Translations under genes and position numbers: made by a program
Shown: piece after piece, positions 23,529 through 36,794 of the stretch
Position numbering within the stretch: the stretch's first letter is position 1
Layout of the letters: every line of letters begins with the position of its first letter
Notes under the pieces: generated by a model
Told to the model about the DNA's origin: nothing
Seen by the model: only the letters and a program-made list of their open reading frames with translations
The model's database searches: none
Origin: Chromera velia
Taxonomy: Eukaryota
Assembly (NCBI GenBank): GCA_018398765.1
Contig: JAHBMJ010000371.1
Coordinates: forward strand, 1 to 49,119
Length of the DNA stretch: 49,119 nucleotides
Direction of reading: 5' to 3'

Positions 23529-24758
23529 TATCCTCTCTCTCCCCTCCCCCCTCCCTCTCTCGCACACACACTTTCAACGCGAGGATGCTCGTGCGCAGAA
23601 AGAGAGCGAGGGAGAGCGCGCGAAAATGTCAGGAACGAATACAGACACATGCAACGACCTGCCCATCCCGTCATTATTCCCCTTCCACCCGGCCCCACTC
23701 CGCACCTCTCTTCCGCCTCTCTCTTTACCCCTGCTTGCAGTCCAGTGCACTGCTGCGTATGTTCGTGTTTGTGGGTATGGGTGTGTTTTGTTTGTGTCCT
23801 TACAGTGTCGCCGTGTCCATGCAGGTATGTCTTTTCACAGAGTCCCTTCTGAACTCTGCCGCAAGGGGAAAGAGAATACAGAGCAAAATGTTTGCAGTCC
23901 GCTCGTTTTATGCGTTCATGAACGCTTCTCGCCCTACAGTGCCCCACGAACCCTGCCTCCCTTTCTGCTGTTTCCCTCCCTCCCTGCCTGCCTCCGTGCG
24001 TGCGTGCAGACGGATTTCTGCACTTCGAGAGAGACGAACTGGATGGCGCCTGTGTTGACCCCCGGTTCCCTGAGACGTTCTTCATGGATGTCCTTCTGGT
24101 GTGTCTGCCTGCCTGCCTGTCTGTCTGTGTTGACAATGAGTCAAGAGAAGGAAAGGAAAGGAAAGGAGAAGAAGAAAGAACACATAGTCTGTCTGTCCGT
24201 CTGTCTTGTGGGCGTCGTTTGGTTGTCCGTGATTTATACATGCATACATAGTCGGTGGACCTCTATCTGCCTTATCTGTGTATTGTATCCGTCAACAGAA
24301 CAGAAAGAGTGGGAAAAGAAACATGATTGTAGCCCGTCTGCTTTCTGTCTGGCTGCCTGTGAGTCCTAGTGGCTATCTCTCTCTGTCTGTCTGTCTATCT
24401 GAGAGGCTCTTGCACCCTTGTGTTTTTGTTTCGTCTTGTTTGTTCTCCTTTTTTTTGTCCGTTCTTTTCATTCTACATTCTTTCTGCGTTGCACCTCGTC
24501 TGGAATGTGGAAGAAAGGGTGTTTGCGTCTCTCTGTGTTGTTCTGCTGTTCTCTCTGCGCGTCCCTTTGCTTGCAGGAATCCGAAAGAACGAAAGCGATG
24601 CCGAAAGTGGAAGGCTCAGGAGTCAAGCAACAGGGACAAGAAGAGGAGACGGGACAGTCGAAAGGGAAGGGAGATGAGGACCCTCAGGAAGCTCTTTACA
24701 AGCGAGCGAGAGAGATGTCCGCGCACTTGCAACAAGGTCTGAGGGAGAGACAAGAAGA

Positions 24759-24789
<31 letters not shown>

Positions 24790-24946
24790 GGAATGAACTG
24801 CTTGCTGAATCCTCTCCTCTTTTTCTTGCGCGGCCTTTGTGCTCTTCCTCGTACCCATTTATTTCTCATACAACTGCGCACTGTGCAGCAGACAAATGTC
24901 TTTTTGAGAGAGCGGAGGCATCTGTGTAAGCAAGTGTTTGTGTATA

Positions 24947-24981
<35 letters not shown>

Positions 24982-25323
24982 CCGTCCTGTGTGCAGAAGC
25001 ACGAGAGAAGGCCGAGAGGGAGATAGAGGAGGCGCGGCAGAGAGAACGGCAACTGGAGGCAGAGAGGAGACTGAAGGCCCTCAGAGAGGAAGCAGAGAAG
25101 AAGAGGCAACGAGAGGTGAGAAGGAAGGACAGACAAAAACAAAAAAAAGTTTGGCGCACTTTTTTGCTCGTATGTTTTTTTGCTTTTCTTTCACGATTGG
25201 ATTTCCTCGGCTACCGATACCTACCTTGTTCTTTCTGTGGCTTCCCTGTGAAGAACCGGTCGTTCTTTCAGCGTCGAATCCCCTGCGTTTTGGATTGCCC
25301 ACTCTTCTTGCCTTTTTCGTATT

Positions 25324-25357
<34 letters not shown>

Positions 25358-26597
25358 TGTGTGTATGCTGTGCCCCTCCCGCTCTGTCCGCCCTTCCCGT
25401 GCAGGCAGAGGCAGAGGCAGAGGCAGCGTCCTCGTCCTCCACACGGACCACGACCGCCGGGGGGGAAGTTCCAGATGCAGGGGGGAGGGGGGAGGAAGAG
25501 AAGGAGAGAAACGGAGGGCCCTCTGCGAGTGGGTGGACTATCGGGAGTCTTCCCTCCCTTGCTGGAATGCCCGATGCCCTGGAGGGGATCAGACCGGCGT
25601 CTTTGTCAGAGGGCATTAAAGGGGTCGCAGCCTCTGCAGGTAAGGAAGGGAGATATGGGAAGTGCATCATGCCTTCTGTCCGTTCATGTGCATCGCTGTA
25701 TAGGTTTTCTTTCACTCTCTCCATTGTTTGCGCCGTTTCCTCTGTTGTAGTCTCAGGTGAAAGTCCCTCAGGAGTGAGGACAGGGGGTTTTCACGCATCT
25801 GCCAATCGGTTTTCTTTCTCAATCTACGCGGTTCTTCTCTTTCCTTTTTGTCCTTTCTCGGTTTCTTTTCTTGCGTCTCGACCGTTTTCTCTCTTCTTTG
25901 AAGTGCGTTCTCTTTCCTTTTCTTTCTTCGTGCAGCTGAAATTTACGCCACTGTTTCGGGAGGAGAGGGAGGGCAGAAAGAGGGGTCAACGGGAGATCCC
26001 AAGCCGCCAGGCAGCACTGAGGAGATGTCTTCGTCCTCCGGAGAGGGAGTGCCTCCTGTCTCCGTTTCCGAGGGAGCACGGACGGCTTTTCCTTCACCCC
26101 CTCCTACACAAGCCCCCCCTCCAACTGCCACAGCTACCCATGCTCCTCTGTCCCTTTTGGCGTCTCTCAGCTTTCCCTCCGGATCTTCCAGATCGAAAGA
26201 AAAAGAGAAGGAGAAGACTGCAGATGCCAATCAGAGCGCTCCGTCGGGTGCCCCCCGAAGTGCCCCTCCCGCTCCCCCCGTAAGCGGAGGGAAAGATTTT
26301 TGGGACGACGAAGAGGGGGATGACGTGGATGAGGATGAGTCCCCTCCCCCTTCTCTCGTGCTCCTGTCAGGACCTCAACACCAATCCCAGTCTCTCACGG
26401 GAGAGCAGGAGAAGGGGAAGGGGGGACCACCAGCAAGAGGGGGTTCGGGGGGTCCGATGCTGTTTGACATGACGGCAGGGGAGGGGGACGAGGACGACGA
26501 GGCGGTTGCATGGGATGACGATGATGAGGATTCTCCTGAGAACGGAGGGGGGGGAGACGGAGAGGATGACGGACCGCCGATGTTGTCACAAGGGTGA
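20257..26597 (+). CDS. PTEN/tensin-type phosphatase domain + C2 (tensin-type) protein with coiled coil and Pro/acidic tail, multi-exon
   Basis: Exons 20257-20624, 21003-21087, 21470-21610, 21914-22115, 22493-22512, 22758-23022, 23396-..., last exon 25936-26597. Motifs: FLMLNMSERTY, VVHCYRGHSRS (CX5R), ILPSQKRCLSY, FRPFVEVW, GDALIRVRH, AAFHTAF, FERDELDGAC.DPRFP. Confidence 0.88.
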
Positions 26598-26982
26598 ATG
26601 TGCTTGAAGTAAGCGCTGGAGAGCACCACGCGGGCTGTATAGCGAGGAACGTCCATTGTGCATTGAATCCCATTGATTCGTTTGAATCGTTTCTAGATTC
26701 GTTTACAAACATTTCTTCCTATGGTTTTTGCCTCAAAATTATTTTTAATTGCAGTCACAAATTGTGTCTAGAATTGTGTGAACATAGGCTAGAACATAGG
26801 TAAATTCATCACATTATTCGTGTAAGGCCAATTAAGGCCTGCATGTTGTGGAAACTTGAACTCTGCAGTAGCCTACAGCTTGTTATACATAATAGATTAT
26901 AGTCTAGATCATAGTAAATCATCTTTGTTATCACTAGTGTTATGACTATTATCTTACACAGGCTGCTATATAGCATGACACA

Positions 26983-28606
26983 CAGGGTGTGGAAAGTAGG
27001 TTAAAACCTAAACCTAACCGACCTGGCAGTCAAATTAACCTAGGTTAGGTTAAACCTAATCTGATTTAACCGCGACGGCCGGCCTAGCGGCCGGCCCGCA
27101 CCATGTAAGAGCCGGGGCCGGGGTGCGTGCGCATGAAGGCGTCCCGAACCGGTTTCTGCATGTAAAAAAAAAAATGCATGCATGCATTCATCAAAAAAAC
27201 GGCTGCTCAATTGATCTTCGATCTTGTAGATCCACATATGAATAGCATGATCAGAGTGATTGTACAGAATATGTGGCAGTTCGAGTCACTGACTGATCTG
27301 TAAGAGGAGAGCGCAGACAAAGATTGAGGGAACAGACATGTCGGGACAGGAGCAGTGCTAGGGATACAATTATTGTAATTGCAATTATTAGAATTAATTG
27401 CAAACAATTATTGTTTGCCAGGAGCGGGCGAGAGGCAATTAGTTGCAATTAATTACGATTTTTGTTCATGCGTTGTTTCAGTGTTGCTATGTGTTGTTCA
27501 TATGTTGCCATATGTTGTTTAGGCGTGTTTAGGTACTGTGTGGTGAATTTTACAACAGTTTGCACAGTTTAAAACATGAAACACCAAGTTACAAGTCGTA
27601 AAATGTTTGTTTTAGATGATTTATAATCATTTCATTTCATAAATGCTTACATTTGAGTTGGTATTTCATTGTACACTGTCATCTGATACCCCAATTCGCT
27701 TAATAACTACAATGATTGCAATTATTGTTTGGCCGGACTTCCTTGAAGCAATGGGCACTGCAATTTAATTGCTCCTAGCACTGGACAGGAGAAGAAAGAC
27801 GGAAAGTGGAGGGAGTGGGTAGACGCAGTCTGGATGAAAGTGGCGAAGCAGGGCAGTGTGTTTGGGGTAAGGGGGGGCAGCAGCGCAGCTGCCAGCACAT
27901 ATTGTCAAAGCGACGCTGAACGAGGGTTCGCTGAACACTTCTTTATTTGTTTCAAATTTGATTTATTTTGATTTAGTCATCTTTTAGACGGCTGCCCTGA
28001 AGAAGGTATAACTCAAAGTTTTGGGTTATGGTCCATTTGTTTAATGCATTTGAATCTGTAATTTTAAGACAAATTTTGAGTGAGTCATTTTAAGTTTCAA
28101 CACCCCATTTGATTAATTTGTTTTATGTATTTCTGCAATTTGATTCTTTGGACTCAAAGTTTATTATGGCTACAGACTTATTGAAAGTTGACAGAAATCA
28201 ATCAATCAATAATTCAATAACAAATTAACAATGAGTCACTAAATTAGAGTGTTACAGTTTTATCGATAGACGATAGTGCATCAATCAGTGAATCAATAAT
28301 GTATGAATCATAGTATGATAGATATTGATAGTGTATATTTATTATGATTTATGTATATAATGGTGTATTTTTACTATGAATTTATGATTAGTATAAGTAC
28401 TAGACTACTAGTGAGTCGTAGTGACCGTCTATTAATTGTAGTAGTCTACTATCCAGGGGGGCTTCGCCCCCCCAGACCCCCCCATGGAAACGAAACCTGG
28501 TTTAACCTAAAAAACCTTGTTTAACCTACTTCAACCAAAACCTACAGCTACCTACAGCCTCAATACCTAACCTAACCTTTTAACCTAACCCACTTTCCAT
28601 ACCTTG
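26983..28606. mobile_element. Decayed hAT-like non-autonomous element with AACCT(AACC) subterminal repeats
   Basis: Left end CAGGGTGTGGAAAGT; right end reverse complement CAAGGTATGGAAAGT. AACCTAA/TTAGGTT arrays lie inside both ends. No clean TSD and no transposase ORF. Confidence 0.65.
27353..27783. mobile_element. hAT-type MITE nested in the 26983-28606 element
   Basis: TIRs CAGTGCTAGG(GATACAATTA) and reverse complement CAGTGCTAGG(AGCAATTA). Perfect 8-bp TSD GACAGGAG at 27345-27352 and 27784-27791. GCAATT subterminal repeats. Confidence 0.88.
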
Positions 28607-29927
28607 CATTAACTCAGCATATATAGCATTAATTGTAGAGTTTTTTCTAGAGTTTTCTCAGTTTCAGTTTCAAAAGTTTCTAATGAGAAATTTATTCTAG
28701 GCCTCAAGGGAACCTATCAATCAATTAATCAATCAGCTTACATTTTATTTTCTATAGTACTATAAAGTATGGTAAACTGTGCTCAGTGTGCTACAGACGG
28801 CGTGAGTGTAAACTATATTTAGGCACCCTGTTATATGCACACGCTCTACGTATCACACGTCCATTCAATGAAGATGTCAAACATTGTGTCATTGTTTCAG
28901 ATTTTGTCTGGTGCAAGGCAATGCAGCGGGGCAGCCAAGCTCAATCAGCTATTCAATCAGGCTACATGCATGCAGTCACGTAGTTCCAAAAAATGCTGCA
29001 CATCAACACTGCATTACACTGCATGGTGCATGCAGAATAAATTCAGTGCCAGGCGATTCTCTCTGTACCTGCATGTTGCGTTGGGCTGTTGTTACGCAAA
29101 CCGAGGAGAGCTTGCACCAGTCATTCAATTACACGTTCAAAATTTGTTTTGCTGGATTGAAATATGAATTTGAACGAATTCAAAATTCTCTTGCACGACT
29201 GCCCCACCCATGCAGCGGCTGGGCCAGTCAGTGAGCCAATCACTCAATCACGCATTAATTCATGCTTCAAGAATACAACCACGGCACGCACGCACAAAAA
29301 AACTTTGCTGCAGGAAAGGAAAGGAACGAAAACAAAACTTCCATTTCCGCATTCGCGCATGGTCGCGCTTGTCGGAAACGAACTACAAATCAAATGAAAT
29401 GAGACTGAATTAACAAAATCGTCTTGAACTACAGAGTACAGAAACCCACGCTTGCCTTCCTCCACTTCGATAAAATGTGTTGGAGGAAGGAAGGAAGGCA
29501 GAACGGAAAAGGGAAATGAAGGGAGGAAGCATCGGAAGAGAAAGAAAGGAACTACCCATCCGTGTGTCGTTCTGTTTCGCTTTCTGCCTACTTGTCTGTT
29601 TCTCTGTCTGCCTACTTGTCTGTTTTTCTGTCTGCCTGCCTGCCTGTCTGTCTGATTTTCTGTCTGCCTCTTTCTTTTCATTCCACTCTGTCCATCTAAA
29701 TATGTCTGCATGCATGGACCTTGCGCATGCAGTAAGTACATCTATCTCCTCTTCTGGCCGGTGCATCACATATGCATTCGAATCGATTCATCGAGTCTCC
29801 ATCCATCATCCTTCCTGTCTGTCCCGTCAGTGCGACATGCAGAACGTCTTCATTTCAGACGTTCTTCCCTTTAATTCCCCCCTCTCAGTCCCACTTCCTC
29901 TCTGCATGTGTCGCTATCTGCCTCGAT

Positions 29928-30379
29928 CTACTTCTTCCCTGCCTTCTTCTTGTCCTCCCCCCAGATGCCCCCCGTGACCTTCACACGCCCCCCCCCGACC
30001 TCCCAGATCTCACCACACACGGTATCGACAAACTCCCGAGAGTGCGAAATCACCACCACGCCCCCCTGAAACTCTTTGCAGGCAGCCGCGAGGGCACCCA
30101 GAGAATCTCTGCACGAACCAGCAGCAACACAGAAAGAAAGAAAACCCCGCATCCACACACGCGCATACACAGGCGCGCATACGTAGGCACACATACACAG
30201 AGAGAGAGACCACGGAAGAGGTTGTAGAAGCAAGGATGGATTTTGCATCGGGTCTCTGATTTCATCCTGCATGGATCCTTCGAAGATAGAACAAGGTGTC
30301 TCTCTGTCCCTCTTCAGTGGGTGTGAGGACACAAATGTGTGTGAAAGTGGAGGCGTATGTGCAGGTGTGTATTTGGGTG

Positions 30380-30419
<40 letters not shown>

Positions 30420-32960
30420 GATCTTCAAAGTATAGTTCGAGTCCGACTTCCCAGCTCTTGTCATCACCATCTCGTTGCCATTTCAAAGAATTTTTTCCAC
30501 CCTTTTCTGCAGCAGCAACACAAACGCATATAAAGGAGGTGCGACTTTTATGCACATGTCGATACTCTGACTGACCTATCGAGGTAGTTGGTAGGCTCGT
30601 CTAGAATGATCAAATGGGGGTTGCTCCACAAAGCTGCTGCCAGCACCAGCTTCACCTTCTGGCCCCCAGAGAGCATCTTGACGAACGTGTGGTTGGTCAA
30701 CTCTTTGTCCAGACCGAAATCTTCGCAGTGCGCTGTGACGTTCTCTCTGTCCAGCTTTCTTCCTTGAAGTCCAGACTCGGCAGCGATCTTCGCGTCAATC
30801 TCGTTGACTAGTTTCTTGCACCCCCACCGGACCAATTCATTCCGGTGATGCCACGAGGGAAGCGGCCAACCCTTCTGTTTGAACCCCACCCATTCCACCT
30901 GATACTCATACGACCTATACTTCTTCCGTCTGGCCATCAGAGAGACCACACCCTTCCCCTCACCCACACGCTCGTCCTCTCCCTCTTCCTCCTCCTCTGC
31001 CTTCGCGGGCCCCTCTCCGTTCGCACTGGAGGTCGGCAGCCCTCCCCCCACACACCCCAGCTTCTCGAGCATGGCCTTGGCTGCCTCCTCACTCTGCTCA
31101 GCTGTCATCTCCATCTCTTCGTCGAGCTGCAGTCACATGAGGGATAGGAACCATGAATGGTGAGAGTTTGAATCGACACAGAAAAAACAAACAAAAAAGT
31201 GCATTTGAATCAAGATGATAACAGGAGAAGAAAGAGATAAAAAAAACGAAAACCCGGCCTCCTGTAGCGCCTCAGTCTCTCCTCACCTGCCGCTGCTGTT
31301 CCTCCCGAGCCCTCATCTCTTTCTCCGTCATCTTTCTGTCTGCCTTCTCCATGTTCTCTCGGTCTTCCTCCTTTGCGTATCTGCAGAGACAGGAGATCAG
31401 GGCGTGGGTGTGTGGGTGTGTCCGCGTCTCCGTTTGCTGAGTGAATGGTGAAGAATGTGTTCCACTCTTTCAGCGAAGGAGCCGTCTATCTCTTCCTCCT
31501 CTGTTGGTGGATGAACAAATGCAAGAAAAGCGGCTTCTTGGCGCCCAACGACGGAATGATCAGAAAAAAAAGGTCCAGAAAAAAGTCTTGAAACAAAGTA
31601 AGCAAAAATGCCCACAAAGACAACACAATACAAACGACAGACCTCCACATGATGTATTCATACGGTGTCTCCTCAAGGTGCTGCTCCACGTGGTGGAACG
31701 CGTGCTGTGCCACGTAGGCAATGCGGAGGTTGGGGTGTCTGGTGAGCTCTCCGGAGTCGCAGAGCTGCTCTGAGGTGACGAGTTTGATCAAGGTAGACTT
31801 CCCGGCCCCGTTGGGTCCGACCACCCCGACCCGGGAGTTGAGGCACAGACGCACAGTCACGTCCTGCAACACCGGCCTGCCGTGTGCCTCTGTGAAGGCG
31901 GGGTAGGAGAAGGAGACGCCTGAGAGCTTTACAACAGGCGCAACCTTGGATTTGATGCCGTCCAAGCTTGCGGGGTTGGGGAACTTGAAGGCGACACTGC
32001 AAGCCTGCAAGCAAACAGGAACGGAGGGAGGAATGGAGGGAGAAAAGAAAAAGATAAGATTTCGGCCCACAAACACGAATGCATACCCGCACGCACACAC
32101 AAAGGACCCAGGAAACACTGGAGATAGTTAAGGTACCAAGGAGGGAGAACCAAAGAAACAAAGTGCAGAAGCGGATACTTACACACACCTGAGAGCGGGT
32201 TCAGGACAGGGACACGACAGAAAAAAGAGACCGCATGCAGGGCTGCGAGGGAGTTTCAGGTTCGGCCTGTTTCAGTCTTTCTTTCATTGCTTCCCCCCCA
32301 CTGAGGGACAGGGAGCAAGAGTCAAGAGGAGGGCATCCGAAGGGGAGGAAAACATGTACATTCTCTTTACTTCTCCCTCCCCGGACCCTCCCTGCCCTTT
32401 TGCTGACTGACGTTGAGGTCGTAGTATGCCTTTGCCTCCGGTTTGACCTCCACGAATGCCGACAGATTTCCCCTGAAGTTCTTCAGCTTCTTGCCCTGGT
32501 AGTGTATGATGTCCGTGCAAACGTTGTCAAGGAAAGAAGAGTCGTGGGAGACAATCAAGGACGTCACGCGAGAGAGGGAACAGAGATAGCGCTCCAACCA
32601 GGCCACATTCGCTGCAGGCAAGCAGGCAGGGAGCACATGGAAAGAAAGAAAGAAAAAAAGAAAGAGAGAGAGAGAGCATGCATAAGGAAAGAGAGGGAGG
32701 GCGTATGTAGAGAGAGGAAAAAGGACAGTGATGCTGAAGCAACGCGAGATCTCTTGCCGACTGGTTACGGAGTCGTGCGTTTGAGTGGAGACATTGTGAG
32801 GGGAAGAGATAAACAAAAAAACAAGAAGAGAAACACTGTGGGGGGAAAACGAAGTGCTCTTTCACGCAGAAGACAGCAGCGGAACTGCATGGAAGCACTT
32901 AGTTGAACTACCAACAGTTCTCAAATTTGTTGTGTAGGCCGATCTGTCTTTTGAACAACT

Positions 32961-32994
<34 letters not shown>

Positions 32995-33016
32995 CTGTCT
33001 GTCCGTCCGTCCGTCC

Positions 33017-33051
<35 letters not shown>

Positions 33052-36000
33052 CGTCCGTCCGTCTGTCTGTCTGTCCGTCCCCCTGCTATTCATTCTGTTT
33101 GTGCGTGTGTGGCTGACTGACTGACCGACTGACGGACTGACTTGTGTCCAAGTGGTTTGTGGGCTCGTCCAACAAGAGGATGTCTGCCTTTGCCAACATC
33201 GCCCTGGCAAGAGCCAACTTCATCTTCCATCCTCCCGACAGTGCGGACACAGGCTGTTTCCTCATCTCCGCGTCAAACCCAAATTCCCCCAAAACCCTCT
33301 CGGCCTCCTGTCGTTCCAACCCCATTGCCCGAAGCTTCGGGTACTGAAAAATCAAGTCGAGCACAGAGATCTCCACCACCGAGGAGTCCAGATCGTGTTC
33401 CACGTACTCAGTTCTCAACTCCTCGGGAGAAGGGAATCCCTCCAGCTGTCCATTTGCAATAGACCGCATTAACGTCGACTTCCCGACTCCATTCGCACCA
33501 CACAAACCGTATCTGCATGCATGCCCGAGGGGGACGCAAACAGGAGGGGACGACGAAATCGATAAACCATGTGAGGGGCACCAGAAAGATGCAGACAAAT
33601 GCGAATAAAAACACGCGGATCAGGGGAAAGCTAGAAAACTCCGCTGAACAGACAGCATTTTGGAGGAAAACTAGCAGCAAGACCGAAAGAACAAATAGGA
33701 ATAGACATGAAGGCGAGGAATGGGGGTGGAGCAAGAAAACAAATCGATACACAGACTGCAGAGATCCCGGTCTCGATCGTAGAATTGGCAGGAGAATACG
33801 AAACCAAGAGGCCCCAAGAGAAACGAAGAAACAAGAAAGAAAAAAGAGTCAATCAAAGCCAGGACCCACGAAAGAACCGACCGACCTGTGCCCTCTCCTC
33901 AAGACGAGTTCTGTCTGATGCAGGAGGATCTTGGATCCATACCCGAGGGAGAACCTGCAGTCACATAGGAGCTCTCCTCCCTCCTCCTCTTCCTCTACGG
34001 CCTCCGTCTCTCCGCCTGCAAGCAACCAATCAAGAAGGTAATGAACATCCGTCTTCCCTCTCTTTCGATCTTACCCCCATTTATTTCATCCCCATGCAAC
34101 TCATTTCTTCTTCCCACAAGCGCGTCGAGGCACAGAAAGAGGACATACGTCAACGGGAGGCGGAGAACTGCACATTACTTGTAGGTCTGCGAGATGACGC
34201 GACGCTTGCGACACTCCTTGTCGAAAGAAAAGTTGTTTGACGTCATTCATCAACGACACCCTCATCTGAGTCTGACCTGATGTTGCCCGATGAATGACCG
34301 ACTCACTCACCTGTGAGATGGAAGAAGATTCTGTTGGCCTCCTCGATGCACCTGTTCTCGAAGTCCTTGCAGCAGGACCCAGCCTTGCCCTTGTCGTGAA
34401 TGATCAGGGGACAGAAGTAGGGCATGAAAATCTGGTTACTCCAGGTAGACAGGTCGAATTGGTGGTCTGCCATCAGAGTGGCTGCAGTGCATGATGAATC
34501 AATGAAGCGGGAGAAAATGTGAGGAAGGATAGAAATTTGGCTTGAGGCTTTTGCGAAGGCGCGACTGGCGTCGAGGACTCAAAACGTGCATGACAGGCAC
34601 GACCCGCACACTTTTTTGTTTCGCAGAGACAGAGAGAAGACAAAGTTCACACCTCTGACCGACCGGCCGACCAACCTGCGAGTGTGCAGACGTAGGGGAC
34701 TACAGGAGACTCGAACGTGGGTTTCATGATTTCATCGTGGTCTGCCTGTGTGTCCAGAGTCTTTGTGAGCGCAGCACGGAGAGAGTGCTCGGCAACCTGG
34801 AGGCATGCAGGGAGGCAGGCAGGCAGGCAGATATGCAGCGATCCAACTCAATGTCAAGTTGGCCTGGTAACAGCAATACATTGCACAAGGAAACAATGGC
34901 GCATACCCGCAGGAATAGAGGGTGAGACAGAGGGGGGAGAGCCGAGGAAGACGAGCAGGAAGAAGAAGTGAGGGGGCTGGCCGATTTGTCCATGTATGGA
35001 ATGACAATGAGAGAGAGAGGACAAAATCGAGGACGCCTCGTTTCTTCTTTTTTCGTGGAAACACCTCCACAGACTCTCTGTTTTCTTTTGCCACTGTTTC
35101 ATTGATGCCGCACACACGGCCTCGTACCCTTTCTTCTCTTTCTGTCCTGACCTCTTCTCTTTTCTCCAGTGGGATGAGGCTTCTCAAGGAGATTCCTTTA
35201 CTCCTGATGTCTTTCTTCTTCTGCCTGCCCTCAGACTCCTCCTCCTCAACTGCCCTGTCCCGAATCCTCCTCAGATGCACAGCTGCACTCTCCACAACCT
35301 CTCTGCAGTCGGGATCTGCTACAGCATCCGCCTGCTTCTCCAACTCGGGCAGCAGCTGTTTCAGGAAGGGGCCGACCTCACGGGCCTGCATGTATGCAAA
35401 GAAGCAGGAAGTCAGGGATGCATTCTCGTGAAGGGTTGGATGGATAAATGGATTTATCTTATCGATCGGCTGCTGTATGCCCGTGTCGACACGTAAAGTG
35501 AACCGGCATCGTCAGGCCATTGACTGGCTGTGCATCCGTTCGGCATGAGGCTTTTCTTCCAAAACATACGCAAGTCAGACACGGAAACCTATCTAGCAAC
35601 CGACAAAGCAGTCAAAAGTCTCGTTCTGACTGAGCCCATGCTGTATCTTCAAAGTTCTTCACATCAACCCGTAAATGCAAATCAACAAGCACAACTTGCT
35701 GCCCCTTCAACGAGTTGCTCTATGAAGCATTCTTCTTCGCAGCCAGGTGGTTTTGCTACCTCCGCTTTCGGTTATTCGTTCATTTCTCTGCACTTCCCCC
35801 CCCTCCCGGTGGGCCCCAGACCGGACGGACCTCATCGACCAATTTTGCCATGTTGATGACAATCAGAGCGCTTTTCCTCTTGATGGGCGTGGACCTCTCC
35901 CTGAGGCCTCTCAGAAGGACCGGAGTCGTGATGGCCAGCTCCCCTGCACCCACTGTCTGCACAAACGTGACCTCTGCCAGCTTGGTGACTGCCTCGGGTA

Positions 36001-36755
36001 CCCTCTCGAAATGGGAATTGCAATCGACAATGGTGGGAATCAGGGCTTCGATGTCTTTGTTCTGCACAGCCATGCAGACAGCCACTGCGGTGTCTGCTGC
36101 CACCTTCCTCACTGCCTCCTTCGCATCGTTCATCAAATCTGCCATCATCGGCACTACCTCAGGAAGCATGGAGGCCACTTGACGCTCCACTGCAGGCCAC
36201 TGGCAAATGGATTGAAGCAGCGTCAGGGCCCCGCACTTCGACTGCCACCCCCCCTTCCCCCCCATGACCTTGAACAACTGAGGCATCAACACCTCCTTCA
36301 CTGCATACGCATTCACAAGAACAGGCAACGTCTTACTGAACTGCTCTGCCGCATTTCTCACAGAAGGTTTCTTGTCTGCCAACAAATCCATCACCCTCGC
36401 CACACGAGGCAACACAAATGCCTCCAACAGCCTTGTCCCCGAGATCCAAGATGTCGCCAGGTACTTAAAACACAACAACGCACTCGAAACCCTCTCGACT
36501 GAATCCACACAGCCGGGCTTCTCATCAAGCCAGGAGGACACCTCAGACAGTTTCTCCAAGCGTAAAACCACAGAAACACCCGGAGCGGAAATCTCTTCAA
36601 TCACAGCGTCCACCAAGGAAGCGTTCGATGCCGTGTCAGAGGCCTTCGAGGGCGGGCCCCCTCCACCCCCACCCCCTGATTTGCCGGGGCCCCATTGAGG
36701 AGGGGCCAGGTTCTGCTGTTTCTGGGCCGCTGCTTTCTGCACACACAAGAAAGTG

Positions 36756-36794
<39 letters not shown>

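Noticed and set aside
22704..26283. Long overlapping ORFs (382, 344, 312, 270 aa) as independent genes
   Set aside because: They are exon fragments of the PTEN-C2 gene reading through stop-poor, pyrimidine- or TG-rich introns.
26997..27070. AACCTAAACCTAACC / TTAGGTTAGG runs (also 28490-28592) as telomeric repeats
   Set aside because: They are short, irregular and in mixed orientation, and they sit just inside a TIR pair; better explained as subterminal transposon repeats.
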